Below are positions 29,057 through 38,598 of a stretch of 64,000 bases of DNA, piece after piece. Location: the NCBI GenBank assembly GCA_964422585.1, contig CAYRBH010000001.1, positions 11,728 to 75,727 of the forward strand. Direction: 5' to 3'. The notes beneath the pieces are model-generated. The model made no database searches, had not been told where the DNA came from, and saw nothing but the letters and a program-made list of their open reading frames with translations. The position numbers and the translations under genes were made by a program. How positions within the stretch are numbered: the first letter of the stretch is position 1; each line of letters opens with the position of its first letter. Source of the DNA: an uncultured Gammaproteobacteria bacterium. Its GTDB lineage: Bacteria > Patescibacteriota > Patescibacteriia > UBA1558 > 2-01-FULL-52-15.

Positions 29057-29771
29057 CGTAATTCTTCGTGACTACTAGGTAGGGGAAGATGATAAGTGCG
29101 CGTACTATGCGCGGTAAGCGTTTCGGTTCTAGGCTGAGGCGCCAGAGCCATTCAAGGCCTATGTTCCTGATGTATTGCGGCGCACGTTGTATTGTACCAG
29201 AAATAAAATCGAATGTCCCACCAACGCCGAGCGCGATGCTGAGGCCAGGAATTCTCGCTCTCTGCTCCTCTATCCAGAAGTCCTGCGCAGGGGATCCAAA
29301 GCTTACGAAAAGGATACGAGGCTTGGCCTTCGCGATACTTTCCACACTGATAGGTTCCTGAAAAATAGATGTTCGAAGGCGCGGGTACAGCTCTCGGATT
29401 TTCTCTGCAAGCTGTTGCGGACTCGTGATACTATTACTTTTCAGAAGTATAGCGACCGGGTAGTTAGTGCGTTCGGCTAGAGCCAGGAGTTCTTGGGTAA
29501 GTTCTACGCCTGGTAGACGGTCAGAGAATCGTGCTGCTACACCCTGCAGGCGAGCTGCCAAGATCAGGCCGGTGCCATCAGCGGTCGCTAGATCGGCGGA
29601 AGCTAGGAGGGCTTGATATCGTGCGTCTCGGTTCGCCGCCACAATGAACTCTGGATTCACGGTGACGATCTGATGTACCTGGCCATCCTGCAAAAAATCT
29701 TCTATAACTCCTCGCAACTCTGCACGACCGAGTAGTGCTATAGGAATGCCGCTGAGGTAGAATGTTCTCAT
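29037..29771 (-). CDS. WecB/TagA/CpsF family glycosyltransferase (GT26)
   Basis: ..GLEWLWRLSLEPKRLPRIVRALIIFPYLV.. conserved GT26 C-terminal motif. Confidence 0.75.
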   Translation of the reverse strand: MRTFYLSGIPIALLGRAELRGVIEDFLQDGQVHQIVTVNPEFIVAANRDARYQALLASADLATADGTGLILAARLQGVAARFSDRLPGVELTQELLALAERTNYPVAILLKSNSITSPQQLAEKIRELYPRLRTSIFQEPISVESIAKAKPRILFVSFGSPAQDFWIEEQRARIPGLSIALGVGGTFDFISGTIQRAPQYIRNIGLEWLWRLSLEPKRLPRIVRALIIFPYLVVTKNYDEKNID

Positions 29772-30352
29772 GCGAGTTGTGTTGAAGTGAGCGTGGTATA
29801 CAGAGGGCCTTGCGGGCGTAATATACTTTCAATTAAAAGCACCTGTTCTGCATTGCATGAGATGCCGGCGCAGGGCCAGGCAAGCACGCTCATCTGCTCT
29901 TCCTGGCTCAGGATGCCGTCGATGCGTGCTACGGTGATATGTGGGTTGAAGCGGCGGCGATCTTGATCAGCAAGGCCACGCTCTGAAAGAGCTGTAACTA
30001 TGTCATCATAGAGTCGCTGTAGCTGCTCAGACGCTATAATGCGAGCTCCGATAGTTCGAGGTTTCTGTGCCGGTAATAGGATTCCGCCGCCGAGTTCAAT
30101 GTCAAAAATAGAAGTAGCTGGCACAACTGCTTCTAAGCATTCGATGATAGCTGGTATGTGACTATCATCGGTCTCGCCGAGGAACTTCAAGGTGCAATGC
30201 ATATCGGGAGGTAGCACAGGACGCATGCGTACTGAGGTCAGTGTAAACCGCTCCAGCTGCCCGCTGAGGGTTTTCTGTACCTTCGAAGGTATCTGCAATG
30301 CTATGAATAATCTGCTGCTTTTCATAGTTTGGATTGTAGCGGAGGGGCCCAA
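29768..30352 (-). CDS. thpR: RNA 2',3'-cyclic phosphodiesterase / 2'-5' RNA ligase (LigT/ThpR, 2H family)
   Basis: Two H-x-T/S-x motifs (HCTLKF and HITVAR), 194 aa. Confidence 0.7.
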   Translation of the reverse strand: MGPSATIQTMKSSRLFIALQIPSKVQKTLSGQLERFTLTSVRMRPVLPPDMHCTLKFLGETDDSHIPAIIECLEAVVPATSIFDIELGGGILLPAQKPRTIGARIIASEQLQRLYDDIVTALSERGLADQDRRRFNPHITVARIDGILSQEEQMSVLAWPCAGISCNAEQVLLIESILRPQGPLYTTLTSTQLA

Positions 30353-30450
30353 AAAAGCAATGAGAAAGAGTTGAATACTCAGGGTATCTATGGTATACTT
30401 TGGCTGCAGATATATGAATAAGTATTCATATTTTTTATTTTATTGAAGGC

Positions 30451-31815
30451 ATGAACTCAGTGTGTCGTTCAACTTTAGTGATCGCTGTCGTGGCCCCAAT
30501 GCTTCTACTCCAGCCATTGGCAGCCTTGGGGCAGTCAGAGAGCGTCATTGATTATAATTACATCATTTCAGACGAAGAGATGGCAGCATACCAGACCATG
30601 AGTCAGCAAGATATACAGGACTTTCTGCAGAGCAAGAATAGTTATCTCTCCAATCTCTCAGCTACGCTTGATACCGGCGAGCGCGTGTCGATCTCAGATA
30701 TCATTTTCAGAGCATCGCAAGACCATCAGATTAATCCCCAGTTTTTGCTGGTACTCTTGCAGCGTGAGCAAAGCTTGATCGAGGATCCCTCCCCGACGCA
30801 GGACCAGTTAGATTGGGCCACTGGATACAGTTGTCTTGATGGTCAAGCATGCAGTGATCGTTGGCGTGGTATTCAGAAGCAGATCTATAGTGCTGCCGAG
30901 CAGTTCCGTTACTACTATGATCATCCGGAAGAGTATACTTTTCAGCCAGGGAAAACTTCCACCGTCGATGGGGTTTCAGTAACCCCGAAGAATAACGTGA
31001 CCGCAGCGCTCTATAACTATACGCCGCATCTTTCAGGGAATGCCTTATTCCAGACTTTGTGGCAGCGCTACTTCACCTCCCTGCTCCCTGATAGCACCTT
31101 GGTGCAGGTTCCAGGTCAATCTGCGGTCTGGCTCCTCAACGATTCAGTGCGTCACGCGTTTACTTCGATGGTCGCTCTGGTCTCTCGCTACAATCCAAAT
31201 CTCATCGTGCCGATAACTGAGGCGGACCTTGAGAAGTATCCGGAAGCCGCAACGATTGATTTCCCGGCCTACTCAGTGGTTAGAACTAAAACGGCAGGTA
31301 TCATGTATCTTTTGACCGTGGATCAGAAACGGCTCATCACATCTCCCGATGTCTTCAAGACGCTTGGTTTTAATCCAGAAGAAGTTGAAGATATCGCGGA
31401 CTCAGCTGCCGCCCTGATCCCTGATGGCAGGCCGATAGGTCTGACAGATGCCTACCCTACCGGCGCTCTATTGCAGGACGAAAAAAGTAAAGATATTTTT
31501 TACGTTGAGTCAGATAGAAGATACCCCGTACTCGATGCTGCCATCATGAAGGTCAACTTTCCTACTATCACGCCAACTGTTGTAGCCCCTGCTATTTTGG
31601 ATAAGTATGCAAGCGGTTTCCCGATCCTGATGCGCGATGGTGTCTTGGTGAAAGGATCGACACCTGAGGTATATGTGATATCCAATGGTAAGAAGCGCCA
31701 TATCACTTCAGAGAAGGTATTCACGACCATTGGGTATAAATGGAGCAATATCATCACCACGACCGACGCGGTCCTTGATCTACATCCTACGGGTGATCCT
31801 ATCATTGTGAATTAA
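30451..31815 (+). CDS. hypothetical secreted protein
   Basis: Signal peptide; internal weakly repeated ..G-K-(K)-R-x-I-T-S.. motifs; no confident family. Confidence 0.45.
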   Translation: MNSVCRSTLVIAVVAPMLLLQPLAALGQSESVIDYNYIISDEEMAAYQTMSQQDIQDFLQSKNSYLSNLSATLDTGERVSISDIIFRASQDHQINPQFLLVLLQREQSLIEDPSPTQDQLDWATGYSCLDGQACSDRWRGIQKQIYSAAEQFRYYYDHPEEYTFQPGKTSTVDGVSVTPKNNVTAALYNYTPHLSGNALFQTLWQRYFTSLLPDSTLVQVPGQSAVWLLNDSVRHAFTSMVALVSRYNPNLIVPITEADLEKYPEAATIDFPAYSVVRTKTAGIMYLLTVDQKRLITSPDVFKTLGFNPEEVEDIADSAAALIPDGRPIGLTDAYPTGALLQDEKSKDIFYVESDRRYPVLDAAIMKVNFPTITPTVVAPAILDKYASGFPILMRDGVLVKGSTPEVYVISNGKKRHITSEKVFTTIGYKWSNIITTTDAVLDLHPTGDPIIVN

Positions 31816-31820
31816 TATCT

Positions 31821-32618
31821 ATGCTTGTTTTTACGGCTTATACCCCACATCCTTTGATCGCGGTTCCTGATATTGGGAAAGAGCATCTGTCGAAGATACG
31901 CGGTACTATGAAGTCCTTTCGGGAAATATCTCAAGAACTATATGCCGCGAAGGTTGATACTATCATCATTATCTCCCCGCATGCCTTGCCGGTCGAAGGG
32001 GCTATTACTATCAATCAGCGCCCTGAACTACGGATCGCATTCACCTCATTTGGTAATTTGTCAGATATGATACCGGTTACGAATGATATCGGCCTTGGCT
32101 ATTCGATCAAAGAATCGGTCGAGACTGCATTGCCAATCGTTCTGATTGAGAATGAGGAGCTTGACTATGGGACTTCTATACCCCTGTTTCATATTCTTCG
32201 TGGCATTGCTTCTGATGGAATGCGAATTGTTTCTCTAGGAACCTGCGCTTCGCTCGACCTGCAGAAGCATTATGATCTTGGCGTTGCCATTAATAGGAAG
32301 ATCAATACAACCACGAAACGGATAGCAGTATTTGCCTCGGGGGACTTATCCCATGGAGCTACTAAGCACGCTCCAGGAGGTTCTATACCTGCGGCCGTTC
32401 CGTTCAATAATCTCATTCGTGATATACTTGAGCGTCAACCTATGAAAGCCCTGCTCACGATCCCTTTGGAAAAATATCAAGGCATTTCTGAGTGCTGCCT
32501 GCGTCCATTGGCGATGCTTGCAGGCATACTTGATGAGCGTCAGTATCATTCACGGATCCTTAGCTTTGAAACAGCATTAGGAGTCGGCTATCTGACCGCT
32601 CAGCTGCAGGAATCTTAA
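31821..32618 (+). CDS. LigB/MEMO1-like (class III extradiol dioxygenase subunit B-like / AmmeMemoRadiSam system protein B-like) protein
   Basis: ..IIISPHALP.. and ..FASGDLSHG.. motifs characteristic of the LigB/Memo fold. Confidence 0.5.
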   Translation: MLVFTAYTPHPLIAVPDIGKEHLSKIRGTMKSFREISQELYAAKVDTIIIISPHALPVEGAITINQRPELRIAFTSFGNLSDMIPVTNDIGLGYSIKESVETALPIVLIENEELDYGTSIPLFHILRGIASDGMRIVSLGTCASLDLQKHYDLGVAINRKINTTTKRIAVFASGDLSHGATKHAPGGSIPAAVPFNNLIRDILERQPMKALLTIPLEKYQGISECCLRPLAMLAGILDERQYHSRILSFETALGVGYLTAQLQES

Positions 32619-32637
32619 GTTTGTATCGAAACTAGTT

Positions 32638-33147
32638 ATGGAGTTATCACTCACACTGCACCCGACCAGGAGTCTATATACACCTTCGGCACCAGTCACC
32701 ATGTTTGATGGCGCGCTCACTGAGCTTGTGGCTGCTATGAATGAGGCTATGATCCGGGAGAACGGCATCGGTCTTGCTGCGCCACAGATCGGAAAGAACA
32801 TTCAGGTGATTATTGTGAAGGTTGGTGATGAAGGCAGTGAGTACAAGGCCTATGTGAATCCGCGGATTACTTTTGCCAGCCCGAAAACAATAGCTATCGA
32901 AGAAGGGTGTCTCTCTGTTCCGGGTCTGTATGGTTATGTGCGGCGAAAAGCGAAGATACGTGTGTCCTATCAGGATCTTACTGGTGCGAAGCGGATTGAA
33001 AAGGCAAGCGGCATGGAAGCGATCGTCCTGCAGCATGAGATAGACCATATCAATGGCCTTCTTATTATCAGCCACCCGATTGAGGTAACTAAAGGTACAC
33101 TCCCAAAGGGTGCTCCTGTGCTCGCTGCAAAAAAGTCACGTCGATGA
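32638..33147 (+). CDS. def: peptide deformylase
   Basis: Motifs GLAAPQIG, EGCLSVPG, QHEIDHING. Confidence 0.9.
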   Translation: MELSLTLHPTRSLYTPSAPVTMFDGALTELVAAMNEAMIRENGIGLAAPQIGKNIQVIIVKVGDEGSEYKAYVNPRITFASPKTIAIEEGCLSVPGLYGYVRRKAKIRVSYQDLTGAKRIEKASGMEAIVLQHEIDHINGLLIISHPIEVTKGTLPKGAPVLAAKKSRR

Positions 33148-34073
33148 AAAAGCAGATCATTTTCTGGGGTACTCCCCTGTTCGCGGTCCCGATCCTCTCA
33201 CAGCTCATTAACCTTGGGGTTGTGAGCGCGGTAGTCACGCAGCCGGATCGTTTACAGGGTCGGGGTAGGAAGACCCGCTTGTCATCACCGGTCAAGCAGC
33301 TCGCAGAGCAGGCCGGCCTGCCAGTGCTTGCCCCGGAGAAACTTTCCGAGCCTGGCTTCAGACAAGCATTAGAAGCATTAGGGTCGAATGTATTCGTGGT
33401 CGCGGCCTATGGAAAGATTATTCCTCAGAGCATCCTTGACCTTTCAGCGCCCCGTGCGATAAATGTGCATCCTTCTCTGCTGCCAAAGTATCGCGGCCCT
33501 TCACCGATACAAGCAGCTCTCTTGGCTCAAGACAAGGTTACGGGCGTTACCTTGATACAACTTGATGATCAGATGGACCATGGTCCGATCATAGCGCAGG
33601 AACAGGTAGAGATTTCCCCGGAGGATACCGCCGTTGTATTGTCAGAAGCATTATCTTTGCTCGCTGCCAAGATGCTAGCTACTACGCTCCCCAGCTATCT
33701 AGCAGGTCAGATTGAACTTAAAGTCCAAGATCATGCGCAAGCTACCTATTGCAAGCTTATACAGCCAGAAGACGCGGCGCTAGATCTTTCTAAAACAGTG
33801 GCTGAGTTGTATGCGCATATTCGAGCCATGCAGCCATGGCCTGGTAGTTATGTTCAGTGGAATGCCTTACGGTTGAAAATACACGGCGCTAAGCCTCTGC
33901 CTGGTATACGGCCTACAGCGCTCTTTACTCGCAGCCAGGCTGGAAATCTCCTTATACGCGCTTCTGACGGTGCTATAGAGGCTTTAACGGTCCAATTAGA
34001 GGGTAAACCTAGTATGCCATCAGTTTCCTTTTTAAACGGCTATCCAGCTATTCTAGACGCCAGTACTCGTTAG
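33144..34073 (+). CDS. fmt: methionyl-tRNA formyltransferase
   Basis: N-terminal formyltransferase domain (..IFWGTP.FAVP..) plus C-terminal domain; def-fmt operon. Confidence 0.9.
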   Translation: MKKQIIFWGTPLFAVPILSQLINLGVVSAVVTQPDRLQGRGRKTRLSSPVKQLAEQAGLPVLAPEKLSEPGFRQALEALGSNVFVVAAYGKIIPQSILDLSAPRAINVHPSLLPKYRGPSPIQAALLAQDKVTGVTLIQLDDQMDHGPIIAQEQVEISPEDTAVVLSEALSLLAAKMLATTLPSYLAGQIELKVQDHAQATYCKLIQPEDAALDLSKTVAELYAHIRAMQPWPGSYVQWNALRLKIHGAKPLPGIRPTALFTRSQAGNLLIRASDGAIEALTVQLEGKPSMPSVSFLNGYPAILDASTR

Positions 34074-35587
34074 TTGCGGTGTTTCTCAGTAACCCAAAAG
34101 TCAAGGTAGTTTCCGAGCATCAGGCGTGTCTGGGCATCGATAGCTGGGATGGCTCCGAAGAGTATCATGGTGATAGGAAAGAGCGCCCATTGCAGCACCA
34201 TCACTGAGTACTGGACGAGCTTATTCAATCCTTTTAGAGGCCTTCGAGGAAGTATGACCGTACTCAAGATTGCTATGACGATAACCCCCCAGATGGCAAG
34301 CGTCATAATGAAGCTGAGGATCAGTGGTGCCTGCTGTATGATCACTGAGTTGTCATGATTGATATCGGTAATAAGTAGTGGGAGGCGGCCAGCTATGAAC
34401 ATAATGATGGGCGCCGTAGCCCAGGAATATACCCCTTCGGTTTGATTCCAAAGATAGGTTACCTTTTTTTTCAAGGGTATCTTTTTATTTTGAGCGAAGT
34501 GCCAGACCATATACGGGAAATGTTCTACGCCATAAGCCCAGCGCCGCATTTGTTTGTACTGGTTAATGAGGCTCCGTTTCAGATTGCCGACGAAGACCGT
34601 GTTCATGGATACCGTGATATACATCGGGAATACCTGGTAATCACCATTATAGCGGATAAGACATTGTAGGAAGATGCGCGAGTCTTCGGTAACGATATTA
34701 TTCTGCCAAAAGCCAACATCGACCAATGCCTGCCAGCTCATGCTATGCGAAGAAAAAGTAAATAACCTGTCCGATCGAGCGAGATCTGTCAAAAGCCAGA
34801 AGGTTGTTGAGTTGGCGACTAAACGGGTTATCAGATCCGACTCCCAGATATTATTGTGGTAGAAGGTCAGTGGCTGGAAACTCGCATGATACGGATTCGG
34901 ATGATCCAGGAATTGATAGGTCAGGTATGAAAAATATTGCGGATGTGCGATGGTGTCAATGTCAAAAGTTGATACTATAATTTTCCGGTAGTCGATGCCA
35001 AGACTATCAATATATTTTTTAGCCTCATGGCCAGCATGGTAGAGATTTGAGCCTTTACCGGGAAGCTCCCCTGGTAGGTTCTTCGGATGCAGCGTGGTGA
35101 GTATAGTGTTGAAGTGGGCGCCATACTGCTCGACTGCCTGTTGGGCGACATCTTTGAAATGCGCAGCGTCTCGCTCCTCTCCCGCAAGGACGAGCATCAT
35201 ATGCTTCTTATGAGTATAGGTCGACTCCGCAATACCTTTCAGTGTCGCGTCGATAATAGCATAGGGCTCTTTATAGGTTGGCAGGAATATGACATGCCAG
35301 TACGTTTCCCAGTCTTTGGTTTTGCCTGACCCGAAATCATCGTTAAGCTTGGCGTTCCAGTCGATCTTCCTAGTCGCACGAAAACGTGACCAGGAAATGA
35401 ATACATAGAGCATGAGATAGGATACCCGCAGAAGCCAGTACAGATCGAAAAGGATAATGAAGTAAATTGCCAGTATTGGTCGTAGTACTGACAGCACTAT
35501 GAGAACAGCAAAAGTTGCCCAGACGAGTGTGCCCGGTATAATTTCAAGTATACGATAGTAGAGGTATTTTTTCTTCTCAGCTGACAT
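34070..35587 (-). CDS. processive family-2 glycosyltransferase (cellulose/chitin/hyaluronan-synthase-like) membrane protein
   Basis: N- and C-terminal TM helices; DxD (FDIDT), TED (TEDSRIF) and QxxRW (QMRRW) motifs in canonical order. Confidence 0.6.
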   Translation of the reverse strand: MSAEKKKYLYYRILEIIPGTLVWATFAVLIVLSVLRPILAIYFIILFDLYWLLRVSYLMLYVFISWSRFRATRKIDWNAKLNDDFGSGKTKDWETYWHVIFLPTYKEPYAIIDATLKGIAESTYTHKKHMMLVLAGEERDAAHFKDVAQQAVEQYGAHFNTILTTLHPKNLPGELPGKGSNLYHAGHEAKKYIDSLGIDYRKIIVSTFDIDTIAHPQYFSYLTYQFLDHPNPYHASFQPLTFYHNNIWESDLITRLVANSTTFWLLTDLARSDRLFTFSSHSMSWQALVDVGFWQNNIVTEDSRIFLQCLIRYNGDYQVFPMYITVSMNTVFVGNLKRSLINQYKQMRRWAYGVEHFPYMVWHFAQNKKIPLKKKVTYLWNQTEGVYSWATAPIIMFIAGRLPLLITDINHDNSVIIQQAPLILSFIMTLAIWGVIVIAILSTVILPRRPLKGLNKLVQYSVMVLQWALFPITMILFGAIPAIDAQTRLMLGNYLDFWVTEKHRN

Positions 35588-35613
35588 GCTGGGCTGGGTG
35601 GGGGCAGGCTTGC

Positions 35614-36702
35614 TTAGTAGCTTTCCATGAAATTAATGCCTTTCGCCAGAGTATAGCGATTCATTCCGCGAGCCGCAAGACCAAGTGCCCCAGCATAGTA
35701 CATCTCTTGGGAGTTGGTCATAGAACTCGAGCCAAGCTGTCCCTTGGTTGTATGCATATCGCTGAACCAGGGTGTCCCTCGTTTGGTCGGAACGCCAAGA
35801 GTATGTTCGGTTGCTGTACGAATACCTCGTAGGCGAGCTCCTCCGCCGGTGATGATGATCTTGGTAATGACCTGTCCAAAATCAGCCAGTGAGGCAGACA
35901 GTTGAGCGAGCAGCGCCCCTATCTCTTTTTTCAATACTGTATGCAACTCCTGAGTCCCCGATCCGGTCAGGCCAACATGTATTTTTAATCGTTCAGCCTC
36001 ATCGAAGCTGGTATGCGTTGCTGCAGCGACTAGCTTGGTGAGATCAAGTCCCCCCTGATCTATCGTATGCGAATAACGCAAGCCACTGCGATCAGTCACC
36101 GATACCGTCGTCATGCGGTAGCCAAAGTCAATGATCGCAATCAATTCACCTGTATGCATCTGTTTAATGAGTGAGCGTTGTAATGCGAGCGATTCCATCT
36201 CGACTGCTACCAGTGTAATGCCGGCTTTCTTGAAAAAAAGTTCCCACTGCTTGACATGATCTTTGCTGGTGGTGAACAGCGTAAGTTCCCCTGTTGTATC
36301 AGGTAGTTCACGGTAGCTCCAGCGTAGAAGAGGGTTAGGGATGCGGTAGTGCATTCTGCGATATAGTATCTCAGCGCTGCGGTGCAGGCTATCGTATGAC
36401 GGCATTGGTCCGGTATGTGGGAGCGGTAGTATTTTTGTAAGTATTTGAGCGTCGGGTAACGCGGTGCACACTGCTGTCGTTTGAGGGTCAATGGCAGTTT
36501 TCTCCAGCAGCTCGCCCAGCGCCTCTGTCAGCAGAACAGGGTCTTGGATGCGACCATGCACGATAGCATGTTCGGGTAGTATTACTCGAGCGAATTCTGT
36601 GAGAACAGGAAGCCCATCGCGTCGTTCTTGTACATTAGCAAGCTCGAGACTACCATCCGAGATATCAATACCGATAGCATGGGTGATGAGTTCTCGTTTC
36701 AT
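35614..36702 (-). CDS. actin-like ATPase, PilM/FtsA family (type IV pilus assembly PilM-like)
   Basis: ..IGIDISDGSLELANV.. N-terminal phosphate-1 motif and ..IIITGGGARLRGI.. C-terminal motif; 362 aa fits PilM. Confidence 0.55.
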   Translation of the reverse strand: MKRELITHAIGIDISDGSLELANVQERRDGLPVLTEFARVILPEHAIVHGRIQDPVLLTEALGELLEKTAIDPQTTAVCTALPDAQILTKILPLPHTGPMPSYDSLHRSAEILYRRMHYRIPNPLLRWSYRELPDTTGELTLFTTSKDHVKQWELFFKKAGITLVAVEMESLALQRSLIKQMHTGELIAIIDFGYRMTTVSVTDRSGLRYSHTIDQGGLDLTKLVAAATHTSFDEAERLKIHVGLTGSGTQELHTVLKKEIGALLAQLSASLADFGQVITKIIITGGGARLRGIRTATEHTLGVPTKRGTPWFSDMHTTKGQLGSSSMTNSQEMYYAGALGLAARGMNRYTLAKGINFMESY

Positions 36703-37076
36703 GCGTCAGTCTTCTTTTCAGGTTCTCGAAGCCATATCGTTGCTTTATTCCTGGTGGAGAAGAATTTCATCGCATCATAACCTGACGTATTGATGATAAA
36801 GAAAGAAACGGCTTTCATAAGCGGCGATTCCCCAAACAGCGCTATTTTTTTGATATTATGCCGATTTGATTGCAATGCGTTGATGATGATCTGGCGTTGC
36901 AAAGAATTCGGACGCTGCGCTCTCGTCAGATCGACCAACACTGCGATTGGGCCATGCTCTTCAAGGAGTCCGGTAAGGACATTGACGGAAAGGCTAGTGC
37001 CCTCGACATCGCCCGTTGTATTTCCAGGTATCCAATTGAGTATGCCGTCATTATCGACAAAGACTCTATCCTTCAT
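36699..37076 (-). CDS. hypothetical protein (possible STAS-like fold)
   Basis: 125 aa, overlaps the PilM-like start by 4 nt; weak resemblance to anti-sigma antagonist/STAS proteins. Confidence 0.3.
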   Translation of the reverse strand: MKDRVFVDNDGILNWIPGNTTGDVEGTSLSVNVLTGLLEEHGPIAVLVDLTRAQRPNSLQRQIIINALQSNRHNIKKIALFGESPLMKAVSFFIINTSGYDAMKFFSTRNKATIWLREPEKKTDA

Positions 37077-37127
37077 AGGGATGATGCGTTACTGTCTCTA
37101 TAGTATACCACATTGCTCCCCTGCTCG

Positions 37128-37901
37128 CTAAAAGACCAGTTCAATGCCAATCGGACAATGATCGGATCCTTGCACTTTTGGGTAGATAGCGGCACCTTTG
37201 ATATTCTTTTGTAAGTTTTCTGAAATGAAAAAATAGTCAATACGCCAGCCCACATTTCGTTCTCTGGCCTTTGTTTTGTAGTCCCACCAGGTATAGTTCT
37301 TAGGTTTCTTATTGAACAGCCTGAACGTATCTATGAATCCAGCCTTAATGAAGGTGTCGATCCAGGCGCGCTCCTTGGGCAGGAAGCCGGTAACGGTTGC
37401 GTTCTCTTTTGGGCGGGCAAGGTCGATCTCGGTATGGGCCGTATTCACATCACCACAAACAATTATTTTTTTCCCGGCTTTCTTGAGTTTATTTACCTGA
37501 GTTAAGAATGCGTCGTAGTATGCCATTTTATACTGTATACGATGCTCTCCCTGTCCCCCATTGGGGAAATAGACATTGAACAATAGGAACTCTCCGAAGT
37601 CGGCCATCATGGTTCGTCCCTCCGCGTCGAGTAACGGTTGTCCGAAAGAGACTTTGAGATCTCGCGGCTCTTGTTTCGTATACAGAGCAACGCCGCTATA
37701 ACCCTTGCGCTCCCCTAAATGCCAGTATGAGAAATAACCCTCCGGGTTCAAGAGCTCTTTGGACAGCTGGCTTGGATGTGCTTTTGTTTCCTGGATCGCG
37801 AGTATGTCAGGTTTGGTTTTTTTCAGCCAGGCTAGGAAACCTTTATTTGAAACAGCACGAATGCCGTTCACATTCCAAGATAGGATTGATATTTTTTTCA
37901 T
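37128..37901 (-). CDS. xth: exodeoxyribonuclease III
   Basis: MKKISILSWNVNGIRA...ILAIQETK...; EEP nuclease motifs through the C-terminal ..GSDHCP.. Confidence 0.9.
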   Translation of the reverse strand: MKKISILSWNVNGIRAVSNKGFLAWLKKTKPDILAIQETKAHPSQLSKELLNPEGYFSYWHLGERKGYSGVALYTKQEPRDLKVSFGQPLLDAEGRTMMADFGEFLLFNVYFPNGGQGEHRIQYKMAYYDAFLTQVNKLKKAGKKIIVCGDVNTAHTEIDLARPKENATVTGFLPKERAWIDTFIKAGFIDTFRLFNKKPKNYTWWDYKTKARERNVGWRIDYFFISENLQKNIKGAAIYPKVQGSDHCPIGIELVF

Positions 37902-37929
37902 AGTGTCTCCTACAGACAGTCTAGCACTC

Positions 37930-38583
37930 CTAGGAGGCTATGTCAGTAACAGAGAGTAGTTTCGCTATGACTACATAGCGCTGTTTGGTCGAGAAAAGCG
38001 GATGGCACGTGAACAAGGTCAGCTTGTCTTCATTCTGGTCCAGAATGTGCACATCAGTCGGATCAACAACTTTCGTTTCCGTTACTTGGTAGGTATAGCG
38101 TTTTTTATCAAAGTTATAGTAGACAGGGTCCCCTATTTTGACTTCATCAATGCGATAGAAAGTGACAGGGTTTGGTGGCCTATAGAGCCAGCGGTGGCTC
38201 GAGACCACAATATTGCCATGCTGTCCGGGCACCGCAGAACCAGGTATATGCCAGAAACCTTTATTCAAGGCGGATTGAGTGTCACTGAGGATGACCGGGC
38301 CATTAACACCTATCGTAGGTATGATCAGATGGCCATCTGCATTCTCATTGGGCGGCATCAGGTCAAGTGTCGATGTCGGCGTATTAGTGCTGACATTGAA
38401 ATCTATTCCAGAGAGTATTTCTTGGGGAGTTTCTGTTTTTTGGACAATGGCAGGCACTCGGCGCGGAAGCATTTCAGTGAACTTGACATAGGAGTCAATA
38501 ACAAATCCTGGCCATATAAGCGTTGCCGCGAATATGGCCAGGGTAGTAAGCGTCAGGAATGTGTATCGTGTTCGCAACTGCAT
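37930..38583 (-). CDS. sortase (cysteine transpeptidase)
   Basis: N-terminal TM anchor; catalytic His (..VVSSHR..), Cys in LTLFTCHP (TLxTC motif) and downstream Arg; lies immediately downstream of an LPNTG protein. Confidence 0.7.
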   Translation of the reverse strand: MQLRTRYTFLTLTTLAIFAATLIWPGFVIDSYVKFTEMLPRRVPAIVQKTETPQEILSGIDFNVSTNTPTSTLDLMPPNENADGHLIIPTIGVNGPVILSDTQSALNKGFWHIPGSAVPGQHGNIVVSSHRWLYRPPNPVTFYRIDEVKIGDPVYYNFDKKRYTYQVTETKVVDPTDVHILDQNEDKLTLFTCHPLFSTKQRYVVIAKLLSVTDIAS

Positions 38584-38598
38584 TCCTCTGGTAGTTCT

